The notes under the pieces are model-generated. The model worked only from the letters and a program-made list of their open reading frames with translations, was not told the DNA's origin and did no database searches. Shown one piece after another: positions 32,497 through 43,721 of a stretch of 64,000 nt of DNA (the stretch's first letter is position 1; each line of letters starts with the position of its first letter). The translations under genes and the position numbers were made by a program. Source of the stretch: Candidatus Krumholzibacteriota bacterium. GTDB taxonomy: Bacteria > Krumholzibacteriota > Krumholzibacteriia > JAJRXK01. The stretch covers positions 160,001-224,000 of the forward strand of contig CAVXTH010000006.1 in assembly GCA_963764625.1 (NCBI GenBank). Reading direction: 5' to 3'.

Positions 32497-35230
32497 CTAG
32501 CGGACGATGAGAACCGAGTTGAGCGCGCCGAAGCCGTCGGAAACTCGGCTCGGATTGGCCGGATCGGCGATCCAGCGGGTTCCATCGACGACGAGCTTGT
32601 ACTCAAAGCTGCCGGGACGAAGGCGGATCTCGGTGCGCCAGACCCCATCGTTGCCGCGACTCAAGACGTTGGCCCGGGGGCTCCATCCGTTGAAGCTACC
32701 GACCACAGAGACGCTCGAAGCGCCTCGATTGCGGTAGGTGATCGGAATCAAGCGCATCTCCACGCGGGTCTTTCCTTCGGGAGTGGCTTGATTCGGGGCG
32801 GGTGCCGAGCCCAGATACGCGTAGCCCTCGACGAGCCTCTCCAGGCGATAGTCCGCGGCAAAGAGAGGGTCGCCGGTGACGTCCTTCAAGTCCAAACGGA
32901 TCCGCGCGATTCCGTTGTCGTCCGCTTGCACTTTCACCAAAAGGTAATTCGAGCCCGGGGTGAGTCGGATCGCGCTCTGGATCGACCTCCGTAGGGTGTA
33001 GGTGCGCCCGATTTCGTATCCGTTCACTCTCAAGAGTGCATCGGTCGGTGATTCCAACTTCACTTGCGCATCGTGGGTCGAAGTGGACACCGCGCTCAGG
33101 CCGTACCAGATGGCCCCCGGCGGTCCGTGACCCAATTCGACCCACCCGTCGGTGGAGAGCGCGCTCGGGTCGATTTGCTGCCAACGCACGCGTCCTTCTT
33201 GCCCGCGGTAGCTTTGCCCGAGTGCCACCTGAGTGTCCGGCCCCGAGTGCCCCGCCAAGGGGGAGCTGACTCCGGGAGAGAAGGGACCGATGGTGAGCCA
33301 CCGGAAATGGACGGCGAACTGTTCGTCGAGTCTAGAACTAAGACCACGGTTGTCGTAGAAACGCCATTCCACCGGGTAGTTGCCGGGGGCAGAGTTGTCC
33401 GGCGCCGTGATGCGGACATCCCAGGACTGGGAGGACCTGGCGGAAAGCGTGAACGGCGTCGTGGTTTCCGGTTCCACTTTGAAATCAGACGGAACGACGA
33501 TCTCGTAGTGACCCTCGAGATCACTCATAAGGGAATTCTCGATGGAGATCTCGAAGTTGCGCGCGTGGCTGTTGCCCTGCGGAAGGGCGAGGACGGTGGC
33601 GCGCATGGGATCGACCAGCGAGCAGGCCGGGGCATGCTTCGGTGCGCCCCCGGGTCCTCTGAGGACGATCCACCAGAGCCCGGGATTCTCGGGAAGAGAG
33701 GGGAGACTTGCGTTCGCGCCCAGCCTTCCCTGAGCCTGCATCGTCACCGGCACGAAGGGACGGGTGTCTTGCCCGTCGGTCCAGGCGGCGCTCCACTGAC
33801 CGGGGATCTGGCGCTCCGCATCCGACTCCCGATCGAAGTGAAGATGGGCCGTGGGCGTGTGATCGCGGGTGACGACTCCCGGCTCGAGGCTCGCCGTGTA
33901 GTCCGCGTCCAGCTGACTGCGACACAAGAGCGTGGCGGCGTCTCGACGCAACAACTCCACGGCGGTCGGCAGCCATTTCTCGACGTCCCGATCGCGCAGG
34001 CTGAAGGCGGCCGTGGCGTTGGCACCATTCAAGCCCTGCTGGTCGGGCTCGCGGGCCTGCATGGACTGGCGTTCTCTGACGTCGAGCAGTTCCCATTGGT
34101 CGGCCCAACCCTGGAGCAGAGATCGCCACCGAATCCGCGGCGGCCGGGAGACGCGCGATGGCATCTTTCAGCGCGAGACGGGTGGCCAAGCTTTCCTCCG
34201 CCGTCAAGATGTGCCCACGGATGAGGAACTCGATGGCGACGCGGCTACGCTGCAGCTCCTTCGGGCTGGGAAGTGCGGTCGGAATGGAGAGGGAACCGTC
34301 TCCGAGATCGATGTTCATGGGTCCGCGACTGGGCAGATCCAGCTCGGTGAGGGTCAACCCGAGCATGTTGCTCAGTTCCGCATCGCCTAGCAGCGCCACG
34401 GCCCGGCTGAGGAGGATGGCATTCTGGTCGGGCCGCAGAAGGTCGAGCCCCGGCTGCAACGGCCAGCCGGAGGCGGGGTCCAGCCTTTGGGATAGGAAGG
34501 CGCGGGCCCTGGGGTCGTCGCGATCCTCGAGGGTTCCCCCCGCCAGAAGCTCGTAGGCAAGTCGGAGGGCGGCGCCGCGATCCGAGGGTGCGTTGAGAGC
34601 GATGGGCAAAAGATCGGCGAGATCCGGAGGATGTTGTTTCCGATGCCCCAGGGAGTCGTAGCGCGCATAGCCGCCGGTCGAGGGATCGTAGATGTTCCGC
34701 GCGATCCGGCGCTCGATCAGATCATGGTCCCTCCACCAGATCATCGCGTCGAAGACGTGACCCGCCCGGAGGGCCAGGCCAGCCAGAGCTTCGAGCTGGG
34801 TCATCTCCAGAGCCGGCAGGATGGCGGTCGTGCCGCGCGTGATGTGCATCGACGCGGGCAAGGCCTCGGGAAGGGCCTCCCACGCGCCGTGATTTTCGGC
34901 GTCGAGGTGATTGGAGAGCCAGAATTGCCAGCGGACCAGGGCCTTGTAATCGATAGAGTCGGGCTGGCCCACCTCGCGTTCTGCCTCGTCGACGACCCTC
35001 GCCATCAGCGGGATCTGCAAGGGATTGAAGGTCTTGGCCCGTTCATCCAGCTCTTCCGGTCGGGCCTGAGCCGTCCAATTCAGGAAGTTTCCCAGAGCTA
35101 CGTATGATTCCGCCACCTTCCCCGTGCTTACGACAGAAGGAGCCGGCGCAGCGGGGCGAAGGCCCGCGCAGAGCAGAGGGACGAGGAGGAGTGTGGCAGC
35201 CGCCCGGAGGCGGCGGCGTTGTGTGGTCAT
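32497..35230 (-). CDS. Large secreted multidomain protein with C-terminal glycogen-binding (CBM48/AMPK-CBM) domain (apparent +1 frameshift near 34120)
   Basis: Signal peptide; Ig/NEW3-like segment; WLTIGPF...LTPGSNYLLVKV beta-sandwich. C-terminal ASSVSVVGSFNGW...LRPGSFEYKLVVDGTRWIADPANP...DGFGALNS. Confidence 0.7.
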
Positions 35231-35358
35231 GACGGAAGCTCTGAGGCTGCAAGAGGCAGGCCAAGGAGTCCCTTGTCGTCACGGCGCTTCGGTGCTTTCC
35301 TGGAGCTTCCGATTCCCGCGGCCTCCCCGGCCGCTCAGACGCGAAGAGAGGTCGCTTC

Positions 35359-36531
35359 ATGCTCGAACCCCAAGCCGGCGTGGCTTCCGCCGTCCGCACC
35401 CCGATCGGGAAGTTTCTCGGCTCTCTCTCGGGCCGCAGCGCGATCGAGCTGGGGGTCTTCGCCGCCGGCCAGGCTCTCGAGCGGGCCGGACTCAAGGCAA
35501 GTGACATCGATCTGACCATCGTGGGCAACGCCCGTCCGGCAGGGCTGGGGCCGAATCCGGCCCGGCAGATCGCGATCGGAGCCGGGGTGCCCCAGGACAA
35601 GGTCGCCTACACCCTGAACATGGCCTGCGGCAGCAGCAGCACCGCCATCATCCTGGGGATCCAGGCCCTCACCCTGGGGAAGGCCAAACGGGTTCTGGTG
35701 GGGGGAAGCGAGAGCATGTCTCGCGTCCCCTACCTGTTGACTGAGGCGCGCATGGGCTACCGCATGGGCCACGCGCCAGTGGTGGACGGAATGTACCGCG
35801 ACGGATTCGACTGCCCGATCGCGCAGCAGGTCATGGGCCTCACGGCCGAGACTCTGGCGCGCGAGTACGAAATCTCACGTGAGGAGCAGGACCGTTATGC
35901 TCTCATGTCGCAGTCGCGCGCCGCGAAGGCCTGGGAGGAACGAGCCTTCGACGCGGAAATCGCGACAATTCCTGCCGCGGGGAAATTGCCCGCACTCGAT
36001 CACGACGAGCATTTGCGTCCCAACACCAGCCTGGAGAAGCTCGCGAAGCTCCCCACCGTGTTCGACGAAAACGGCACCGTGACCGCGGGATCGAGTAGCG
36101 GACTCACTGATGCGGCGTGCATGCTCGTGCTCGAGAAGCCGGGGCTGCGCGAGAGGCCCTTGGCGACCATCCTGGAGAGTGAAAGCGCCGGAGTGGATCC
36201 CGCGCGAATGGGGCTGGGACCGGTTCCCGCGACACGAACCCTCATGGAGCGCTGCGGCCTGAGCATCGGCGACTTCGATCTCATTGAACTGAACGAAGCG
36301 TTCGCGGCACAGGTGTTGGCGTGCCAGCGCGAGCTCGAGTTCGACATGGAACGGACCAACGTCCACGGAGGCGCGATCGCGCTGGGCCATCCCATCGGAG
36401 CCACCGGGGCGAGGATCACCACCACGCTCATCCACGCACTGCGCCGCCACGGAAAGTCCCTGGGTTTGTCGACTCTGTGCGTGAGTGGAGGGCTGGGCGT
36501 CTCGCTTGTGGTTCGGAACGAGGAAGCCTGA
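35359..36531 (+). CDS. Thiolase
   Basis: NMACGS, NEAFA, GHPIGATG, CVSGG. Confidence 0.93.
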   Translation: MLEPQAGVASAVRTPIGKFLGSLSGRSAIELGVFAAGQALERAGLKASDIDLTIVGNARPAGLGPNPARQIAIGAGVPQDKVAYTLNMACGSSSTAIILGIQALTLGKAKRVLVGGSESMSRVPYLLTEARMGYRMGHAPVVDGMYRDGFDCPIAQQVMGLTAETLAREYEISREEQDRYALMSQSRAAKAWEERAFDAEIATIPAAGKLPALDHDEHLRPNTSLEKLAKLPTVFDENGTVTAGSSSGLTDAACMLVLEKPGLRERPLATILESESAGVDPARMGLGPVPATRTLMERCGLSIGDFDLIELNEAFAAQVLACQRELEFDMERTNVHGGAIALGHPIGATGARITTTLIHALRRHGKSLGLSTLCVSGGLGVSLVVRNEEA

Positions 36532-36556
36532 GAGCGGGTCCGTCTCGGCCAAGTCC

Positions 36557-37978
36557 TCAGCGGTAGGTACGGAACCTCAGGATGGTCGATTCCCCGGGAT
36601 CAACCCGCACCGTTTCGAAGGTCGCGGTGCGACCCACTCTTCCCGAATTATCGAGACATTCGACCACGACCCGATGCTCTCCGGCCGGGACCCGCAACTG
36701 CGCGATGTGAATGCGATCGGGAAGCATGCTCCAGGAGCGAGTGTCGGCTCGTTCGGTGGCCACTGAAGTGAGGTTGGCCAAGAACCCGGCAACCTGGCCC
36801 TTGTCCTTGGCTGCCTTGGTCATTCTCCACTTGGCGAGAGCGCGGAGCATGGTCTTCAGGAGGCGCTTGCCGGCTCCTTCCTCGAAGGTGAGCTGGGCGA
36901 TGGCGGAGACGTCTTCGGCCAGCTCCGTCTTCTGGCTGCGTCCGTCCGCCATCAAACGCGCGTGAGTGAGCTGTGGGGGAGTGGCGACCATGATCGGCAT
37001 TGCGACCCGCAGCCAATACGCCACCTTCACCTGCCTCTCCTTCTTGACCCAAACCTCGCGCCTGCCGCGCCGCGTGAGAACCGTCACCATCTCTCCATCG
37101 TCTCGGTCCTTGTCCGATTCGAGGATGGGGAAGAACACGGCATTCTCCTCGAGGTGATCCACGAACCCGCTTTCGTAGATCAAGATGATGCGCCCTTCGT
37201 TGCGAGCCAGCGGCTCGAGCTCGTCCGCGAGCTCGGGGCGGGCCTGCAGCATTGTGTTGGCCTCTTCGTTGAATCCGAATCGACGCGCCCAGCGGGTGTA
37301 GTCCAGAAGGAACTCTTGGGGCATCGGAGTGGAGAAGGTCCTCTCGTAGTTTTCGTAGGCCGCCATTCCGCGACGGGCTGCGACCATGGCCGAGTTCGCG
37401 TCCCGATCCTCTGCGAAGATCATCCCCGACAGCCACTCCGCGAAAGCGTCATCGGTGTAGGCCTCCTTGTCGTCCCGAATCAGGGCGAGTTGGTCGAGGC
37501 GCAGGCCAGCTCGGCGGCATTCCACCAGAGCGTCCTGATGATTTCCTTCGAACAGGTAGTTCAGGGCTCCGTAGATGTGGAGCAGCACCTGCTCGTGGGG
37601 ATAGCCGCTGTAAGGCAGGGTTCCGTCGTTGGTCAGAAACGCGAGGGCTTCGCCGCTGATGCTCTTGGTGAATTGATCTTCGATCTTGGAATCAGCGAGC
37701 TGGAAGGCCTGGTTGCTCTCGTCGTAGCGTTCCGCGTAGTGGTAGAGCAATCCGCGTTGCAAGAGGTTCAGAACGTCGGGGTCCTTTCCCCCCTTCTTCT
37801 CGGTGGCTTGCACCGCCTTGGGTAGATCCTCCTCCAATAGGTCGGAGCGTAGCTGATTGCTGAAACTGCTGTAGGTGGAACATGCGCCCAGACCCCAGAC
37901 GGCGCCCAGAAGGAGGACGGTCCAGAGAAGCACGCGCCGCGAGCGGCGCGTGCCATGTTGCCACGACGGAAGAATCAT
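36557..37978 (-). CDS. COG3014-like TPR lipoprotein (LpoB-associated)
   Basis: Lipobox LGAC; Y.GYPHE..L...ALNYL...ALVE.R, TERADTRSWSMLP. Confidence 0.75.
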   Translation of the reverse strand: MILPSWQHGTRRSRRVLLWTVLLLGAVWGLGACSTYSSFSNQLRSDLLEEDLPKAVQATEKKGGKDPDVLNLLQRGLLYHYAERYDESNQAFQLADSKIEDQFTKSISGEALAFLTNDGTLPYSGYPHEQVLLHIYGALNYLFEGNHQDALVECRRAGLRLDQLALIRDDKEAYTDDAFAEWLSGMIFAEDRDANSAMVAARRGMAAYENYERTFSTPMPQEFLLDYTRWARRFGFNEEANTMLQARPELADELEPLARNEGRIILIYESGFVDHLEENAVFFPILESDKDRDDGEMVTVLTRRGRREVWVKKERQVKVAYWLRVAMPIMVATPPQLTHARLMADGRSQKTELAEDVSAIAQLTFEEGAGKRLLKTMLRALAKWRMTKAAKDKGQVAGFLANLTSVATERADTRSWSMLPDRIHIAQLRVPAGEHRVVVECLDNSGRVGRTATFETVRVDPGESTILRFRTYR

Positions 37979-37988
37979 GCCGAATCGC

Positions 37989-38609
37989 TCAAGCCTTGTA
38001 GTTGCCCTTACCGATGTACTTCTTGATTTGCTTCTGACCGATCCAGACCTTCTCGTTGGTCTGGATGTCGATGAGCTCGAGATTGGTCTGATAGAAGATG
38101 ACCTTGTCCTTGCCCTCTTCGTCGACGATCGAACCCACCGAACCGATGAGCATGTAGTCGGCGCCGAGTTCTTTTCCCATCTGTTTCACGGTCGCGGGAT
38201 CGGACCAGTCCTGCTGCGAATCGCGTTCCTCGCGGACCTCGCCCCGCTCGTCACGGGATGCGACCACGCGCACTCGTCCGCTATTGATAAACGCGACTTC
38301 GAGATTCTTGGTGAAGATGTTGGTGTCGATGTGTTCGCTGCTGTTGTTGCGAACGGTTCCCACGATGACCGTCGGACGGTCGGTATGCGTGGCCTCGAAG
38401 CGCGCCAACCAGGGGTTGGCCAGGACCTGGGCGATCATTTCCTCCGAGACCAGACGGGAATCGGTATCGTTCCAATTTCCACTGATGTCCACCGTCGTGT
38501 CCGTGCCGATGCGCTGCACGGTCTTGCCCCCGCAGGCAGTCAAGGAAGCCAGGGCGGCGGCGAGGAACATCGAAAGGACGATTCCACGGGAAAGCGTCAC
38601 TCGTGTCAT
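37989..38609 (-). CDS. lpoB: Penicillin-binding protein activator LpoB-like lipoprotein
   Basis: Lipobox LTAC; DISGNWNDTD, VRNNSSEHID, GADYML.G, LIDIQTNEKVW. Confidence 0.8.
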   Translation of the reverse strand: MTRVTLSRGIVLSMFLAAALASLTACGGKTVQRIGTDTTVDISGNWNDTDSRLVSEEMIAQVLANPWLARFEATHTDRPTVIVGTVRNNSSEHIDTNIFTKNLEVAFINSGRVRVVASRDERGEVREERDSQQDWSDPATVKQMGKELGADYMLIGSVGSIVDEEGKDKVIFYQTNLELIDIQTNEKVWIGQKQIKKYIGKGNYKA

Positions 38610-38910
38610 GAGATAGACCTCCATCGGGGCATGCAAACTCTACGATCCAGCTCTTGACGCGTCTGCAAAAGCCGCGCCAGCATTTCCAGGAGGCTAGCCC
38701 ACGCCCGCGAAGAGCACAAGACAAGACGCGACGCGCAAGCAGGTGGTGAAAGCGAGGCGCCAGCGTTGTCCAAACACGGCGTCTGTGGTACAAAGAGGGC
38801 CAGTTTGAGCTTACGAGCCGACTTTCCCGAGCGGACCCCAATCCCTGCGGACTTCAGGCGACGCGTGCCCGTCGGCTGAGAGTCTCGCGATCTCGATCAG
38901 GAAGGCAGTC

Positions 38911-39693
38911 ATGGAGTTCCAAAACCTCTTGTACTCGGTGGAAGAGGGCATCGCCCTCGTCACCATCAATCGTCCCAAGGCTCTCAACGCGCTCAACCGC
39001 GAAACCATCGCCGAATTGGCCGCGCTCATGGATGAACTGAGCAGCGACGAGGACGTGCACGCCATCATCCTGACCGGCGCGGGGGATAAGGCTTTCGTGG
39101 CCGGCGCCGACATCAAGGAACTGGCTGCGAACAGCGCGCTGGAGAGTAACGACCACTCGAAATTCGGTCAGAGCCTCATGGATCTCATCGAAGATCTCGG
39201 AGTTCCCACCATCGCCGCGATCAACGGCTTCGCGCTGGGGGGAGGGCTGGAACTGGCGATGGCCTGCACCTTCCGTCTCGCCAGCTCGCAAGCAAGATTG
39301 GGCCAACCGGAAGTGAACCTGGGCATCATCCCGGGCTTCGGCGGGACCCAGCGTCTTCCACGCCTGGTGGGGCAGGGCCGCGCGCTTCACATGGTCCTTA
39401 CCGGTGACCCCATCGACGCCCAGACCGCTCTGAACTACGGGCTGGTCACGGAGGTCCACCCGCCGGACGCCCTCCTGGACGCGGCCAGGAAGCTGGCCAA
39501 GAAGCTGGTCGCCAAGAGCTCATTCACGCTCCGGGTGGCCGAAGAGACGGTGCGCCACGGCATGCAGATGGCCTTGGCGGAGTCTCTGGCCTACGAGGCG
39601 AGTCAGTTCGGGCTGGCGGCGGCCGCGCAGGACTACCAGGAAGGCATGACGGCCTTTCTCGAGAAGCGGAAAGCGGAGTTTCACGGTCGCTGA
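38911..39693 (+). CDS. Enoyl-CoA hydratase (crotonase)
   Basis: [45 protein letters not shown]. Confidence 0.93.
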   Translation: MEFQNLLYSVEEGIALVTINRPKALNALNRETIAELAALMDELSSDEDVHAIILTGAGDKAFVAGADIKELAANSALESNDHSKFGQSLMDLIEDLGVPTIAAINGFALGGGLELAMACTFRLASSQARLGQPEVNLGIIPGFGGTQRLPRLVGQGRALHMVLTGDPIDAQTALNYGLVTEVHPPDALLDAARKLAKKLVAKSSFTLRVAEETVRHGMQMALAESLAYEASQFGLAAAAQDYQEGMTAFLEKRKAEFHGR

Positions 39694-39832
39694 GCCGCCC
39701 GAAAAAGCAGACGGATGATCGTTCGTCGTTCGCGTGTGTTTCGGCTATATTATGGGCCGAAATTCAGGCCGCGTACTGGCGATTTTCCCGTCGCGCCGCC
39801 ATCCAAAACACAACTCGAAATGGAAGTGGGAC

Positions 39833-41059
39833 ATGTCAGTGGAGACCGCCTTCATCGTTGCCGGAGCGCGTACGCCCATGGCGGAGTGGGCAGGGGGCAA
39901 GACCGGCGAGGGCAAGCCGGGTGGGGCCTTCGCCCGGATCAGCGCCATCGACCTCGGGGTACACGCTTCACGCGCCGCTCTGCAGAAGAGCGGCATCACG
40001 GCGGACATGGTCGACGAAGTCGTGTTCGGCAATGCCCTGCAGACCTCTTCAGACGCGATCTACGGGGCGCGTCACGTGGGCCTGAAGGCCGGCGTGCCCA
40101 AAGAGCGCCCCGCTCTCACCGTGAACCGTCTCTGCGGATCGGGCATCGAGGCCGTGGTGCAAGCGGAGGCTCGTATTCAACTCGGACACAGCAAGATCGT
40201 CTTGGCCGGAGGCATGGAGAACCTCTCGCAGGCGCCCTTCGTCGTGCGCGGCGCGAGGCAGGGCATCAAGCTGGGTCAGGGCAAGCTGGAAGACTATCTG
40301 ATGGCCTCGCTCATGGACTCGCACGCCAAGTGTTACATGGCCATCACGGCGGAAAATCTGGCACGAGACTTCTCCATTTCGCGCGAAGAACAGGACGTCT
40401 TCGCGCTTCGTTCGTTCAACGCGGCGGAGCGCGCCATCGAGACCGGGATCTTCGACGAGGAAGTGGCGCCGTTGGAGATTCCCATGGGCCGCTCCAAGAG
40501 CATGAACTTCAAACACGATGACCACTTCTTCCCCAACTGCACGATCGAGGGGCTGAGTAAGTTGCGCCCCGCCTTCGCGGAAGACGGATTCGTCACCCCT
40601 GGCAACGCGAGCGGACTGGTGGACGGCGCCGCCGCGGTGCTCGTCACCGGCGAGAGCACCGTGAACGAGAAAGGCTTGAATCCTCTGGCGAGAATCGTCA
40701 CCCACGCGGTGGTCGGAGTCGAACCCACGCGCATGGGAATCGGACCGGTGCCCGCCATCTTGGCCGTTTTGAAGAAGGCCGGCATTGCCCTCGATCAGGT
40801 GGACCGCTTCGAAATCAACGAGGCGTTCGCGGCCCAGTATCTCGCGGTGGAAAAGGAACTCGGACTCGACCGGGAGAAAGTGAACGTGAACGGCGGAGCC
40901 ATCGCGATCGGGCATCCTCTGGCCGCCACCGGAACCCGCCTGCTTCTGACCCTCGGCCTGGAACTGAGGCGCCAGAAACTGCGTTACGGAATCGCCAGCG
41001 CCTGCATCGGTGGTGGGCAGGGCATCGCGATGCTCATCGAGAATCCGCAAGTCGTGTGA
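39833..41059 (+). CDS. Thiolase (acetyl-CoA C-acyltransferase)
   Basis: NRLCGSG, NEAFA, GHPL, CIGGG. Confidence 0.93.
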   Translation: MSVETAFIVAGARTPMAEWAGGKTGEGKPGGAFARISAIDLGVHASRAALQKSGITADMVDEVVFGNALQTSSDAIYGARHVGLKAGVPKERPALTVNRLCGSGIEAVVQAEARIQLGHSKIVLAGGMENLSQAPFVVRGARQGIKLGQGKLEDYLMASLMDSHAKCYMAITAENLARDFSISREEQDVFALRSFNAAERAIETGIFDEEVAPLEIPMGRSKSMNFKHDDHFFPNCTIEGLSKLRPAFAEDGFVTPGNASGLVDGAAAVLVTGESTVNEKGLNPLARIVTHAVVGVEPTRMGIGPVPAILAVLKKAGIALDQVDRFEINEAFAAQYLAVEKELGLDREKVNVNGGAIAIGHPLAATGTRLLLTLGLELRRQKLRYGIASACIGGGQGIAMLIENPQVV

Positions 41060-41117
41060 GGCGAAGCGCGTTGGGTATTGCGGACATGTCATTCCTGGGC
41101 GAAAGAGAGCTTCGATC

Positions 41118-43124
41118 ATGAGCACGGCTTTGAGTCAGCGCGAGGTGAAAGAAACGCGAGCGGAAGTGAGAATCGAGGGACGCATTCTCTATCTCACCGA
41201 AGATCCGGAGTTGATCCGCCAGCAGCTCGCGGGCGAGGACCTCGACTGGACCGAGGCGATGAAGCTGCGCGACAACATCTCGACCGACGAGATCACCCCC
41301 GCGTACATCTGCTACTACCACGACCAGACTCTGGGCGACTTCCCTTACCTGGGACTCATGGCGGGCGGCGAATTTCCGGTAAGCGAGAAAAGCGTGCGGA
41401 AGGGTGGATTCGCGGTCTCGGTGAGCGGGAAGCGCCGGGGCAAGGGAAGCAGCCGCGAGCAATCTCCCTACGCTGAGATGATGGCCGGGATCAAGCTCGT
41501 GGTCGCCGAGAACATCGAACGCATCTATCACCAGAACTGTCTCAACCTGGGAATGCTGGCTACCACCGACTTCTCCGTGCTCGAGCGGGTCAAGGCCGGC
41601 GAGACGATTCCCCTGAGCGTGTTCACCGAGGGAAAGGACGAGGTCACCCGACAGATCATCGAATACGGGGGGCTCTTCAATTTCAATCTGGCGCGACTGC
41701 AGGGTAAGGTAGTCATACCCGCCGTCGAGACAGCGCCCCGTCCCATGACGGTCGCCGACAAGATCTTCGCCCGTCACATGGTCACCGATCTCGCTGCAGA
41801 CGAGGTGGGAGTGAAGGCGGTCGCGCCCGGCGACAGTGGTTTCGTGCGCTGCGACCTTCGCTTCTCGCACGAGTACGTGACCCCAATGGCGGCGATCTTC
41901 TACGAGAATCTGGTGGGGAAGGACGTGCCTCTGCGCGACAAGCAAAGTGTGGTGTTCTTTCGCGATCACCTCACCTTCCTCGAGATGGCCATGACCCAGG
42001 AGCGAATCGACGCGGGCCTGTTGAAGGTAGCCCAGAGTCTGGCCACCAAACAGGCGCAGTTCGCAAACGACCAGGGGATCACCCTGCATGGCGAAACGCC
42101 CTCGGGCGGAAGCGAAGCGATTTGTCACTCCAAGGTGACGCAGAGCTATGCACTGCCCGGCCAACTCATCATCGGCACCGATAGCCACACCCCGCACAGC
42201 GGCGCCCTGGGTTGCGTTGCGTTCGGAGTGGGAACCACCGCGATCTTCAATTCCTGGATCACCCAGGACACCATGGCGCGCGTGCCAGAGAGCGTGAAGA
42301 TCGAGATCTCGGGTAAGCGCCGGCCGGGGGTGACGGCCAAGGACTTCATGCTGGAGATCCTCCGTCATCCCTACGTGCGCGATGGGCAGGCGATCGGCAA
42401 GATCGTGGAGTACTGCGGCAAAGCGGTGGAGGAATTGGGAGTCGACGAGCGGGCGACGATGACCAACATGGCGGCCGAGGTGGGGGCTCTCACCGGCATC
42501 GTCGCGCCCGACCAAAAGACGGTCGACTTTCTCATGGAGTGGCGGGGCATGAAGCGAGAAGAGGTCGAGGCGCTAATCAAGGGGCTCTTCAGCGACGCGG
42601 GCGCACGCTACGCCAAGACGATCAGTCTTGACGCCGCTAGCATCGAGCCGCTGGTCGCGCTCCCGGGCGATCCGGGCAACGGGGTCGCCATCTCTCAGCT
42701 CGAATCTCCGGTGACCATCGACATCGCCTACGCCGGATCATGCACCGCCGGCAAGAAGGAAGACATGGACATGTACGCGGAGGTTCTCAAGAACGCCGTC
42801 ACGAACGGGCGCCGCGTGCATCCTCACGTCACCTTCTGGATTCAATTTGGCAGCCAGGAGGTCAAGGAGTACTGCCGGGAGCGTGGCTATCTCGAACTCT
42901 TCGAGCAGGTGGGGGCCAAGGTGATCGAGCCTTCGTGCGGCGCCTGTATCAACGCCGGTCCCGGGGTGAGTGACAATCGGTCACAGGTGACCGTGTCGGC
43001 GATCAACCGGAACTTCCCCGGCCGGAGTGGTCCGGGGCAGATGTATCTGGCCAGCCCGTACACCGTGGCCGCCAGCGCTCTGGCCGGCCGGATCGAGGCC
43101 TATCAGCCCGCCGGCGCGGCCTAG
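41118..43124 (+). CDS. Aconitase-family hydro-lyase with LeuD-like swivel domain fused N-terminal to a LeuC-like domain
   Basis: N-terminal NISTDEITP and GKGSSRE (swivel). Then DH, ICH, DSHT, GSCT, CGAC (4Fe-4S ligands) and NRNFPGRSG. Confidence 0.85.
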   Translation: MSTALSQREVKETRAEVRIEGRILYLTEDPELIRQQLAGEDLDWTEAMKLRDNISTDEITPAYICYYHDQTLGDFPYLGLMAGGEFPVSEKSVRKGGFAVSVSGKRRGKGSSREQSPYAEMMAGIKLVVAENIERIYHQNCLNLGMLATTDFSVLERVKAGETIPLSVFTEGKDEVTRQIIEYGGLFNFNLARLQGKVVIPAVETAPRPMTVADKIFARHMVTDLAADEVGVKAVAPGDSGFVRCDLRFSHEYVTPMAAIFYENLVGKDVPLRDKQSVVFFRDHLTFLEMAMTQERIDAGLLKVAQSLATKQAQFANDQGITLHGETPSGGSEAICHSKVTQSYALPGQLIIGTDSHTPHSGALGCVAFGVGTTAIFNSWITQDTMARVPESVKIEISGKRRPGVTAKDFMLEILRHPYVRDGQAIGKIVEYCGKAVEELGVDERATMTNMAAEVGALTGIVAPDQKTVDFLMEWRGMKREEVEALIKGLFSDAGARYAKTISLDAASIEPLVALPGDPGNGVAISQLESPVTIDIAYAGSCTAGKKEDMDMYAEVLKNAVTNGRRVHPHVTFWIQFGSQEVKEYCRERGYLELFEQVGAKVIEPSCGACINAGPGVSDNRSQVTVSAINRNFPGRSGPGQMYLASPYTVAASALAGRIEAYQPAGAA

Positions 43125-43585
43125 CCCGCTTCTTCCTGCTCGTCGAGGTCCGCGCGCACGGTCAGAACCGGGCACGCAGCCTTGCGAACCACTCGCTCGG
43201 TGACACTGCCGAGCAGGAAGTGACTCAAGCCGGAGTGCCCATGGGTGGACATGATGATCATGTCGATCTCGTGAGCCTTGGCGTATCTGGTGATCTCGAG
43301 GGATGGGTGGCCCTCGGCGACCGCGAGAGTGATTCTCTCGTCGGGCATACCGAGTTCGGCCGCCAGCCGTCCGAGCCGTTCTTTGGCCGCCTCTCGGATT
43401 CGGTCGTCCATCTCAGGCGGTGCGACCGACCAGCTCATGTCGGCAACTTGAAGGCTGGTCTCGACAACGTGGAGGAGATGGACCCGGGCCGAAAAGCACT
43501 TCACCACCTCACGGAGGTGGGGAATCGCGTGACGCGCGTTCTCGGAGAAATCAGTTGGATAGAGTATGGTCTTCACGGGCAACAT
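43121..43585 (-). CDS. Universal stress protein (UspA)
   Basis: ILYPTDFS, THGHSGL..FLLGSVTERVVRKAACPVL. Confidence 0.93.
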   Translation of the reverse strand: MLPVKTILYPTDFSENARHAIPHLREVVKCFSARVHLLHVVETSLQVADMSWSVAPPEMDDRIREAAKERLGRLAAELGMPDERITLAVAEGHPSLEITRYAKAHEIDMIIMSTHGHSGLSHFLLGSVTERVVRKAACPVLTVRADLDEQEEAG

Positions 43586-43721
43586 GCTCCCACCTCCTCA
43601 ACGAGGCGAATCGGAGGATGCCCTCAAGGGCTGGAGAACGGGCACCTCTACGCTCCAAAGGTAGGATGCGGCCGGGCGGCGTCAAAATCAGGATTGTAGA
43701 AGTAGATTTCGGGAGGAAATC

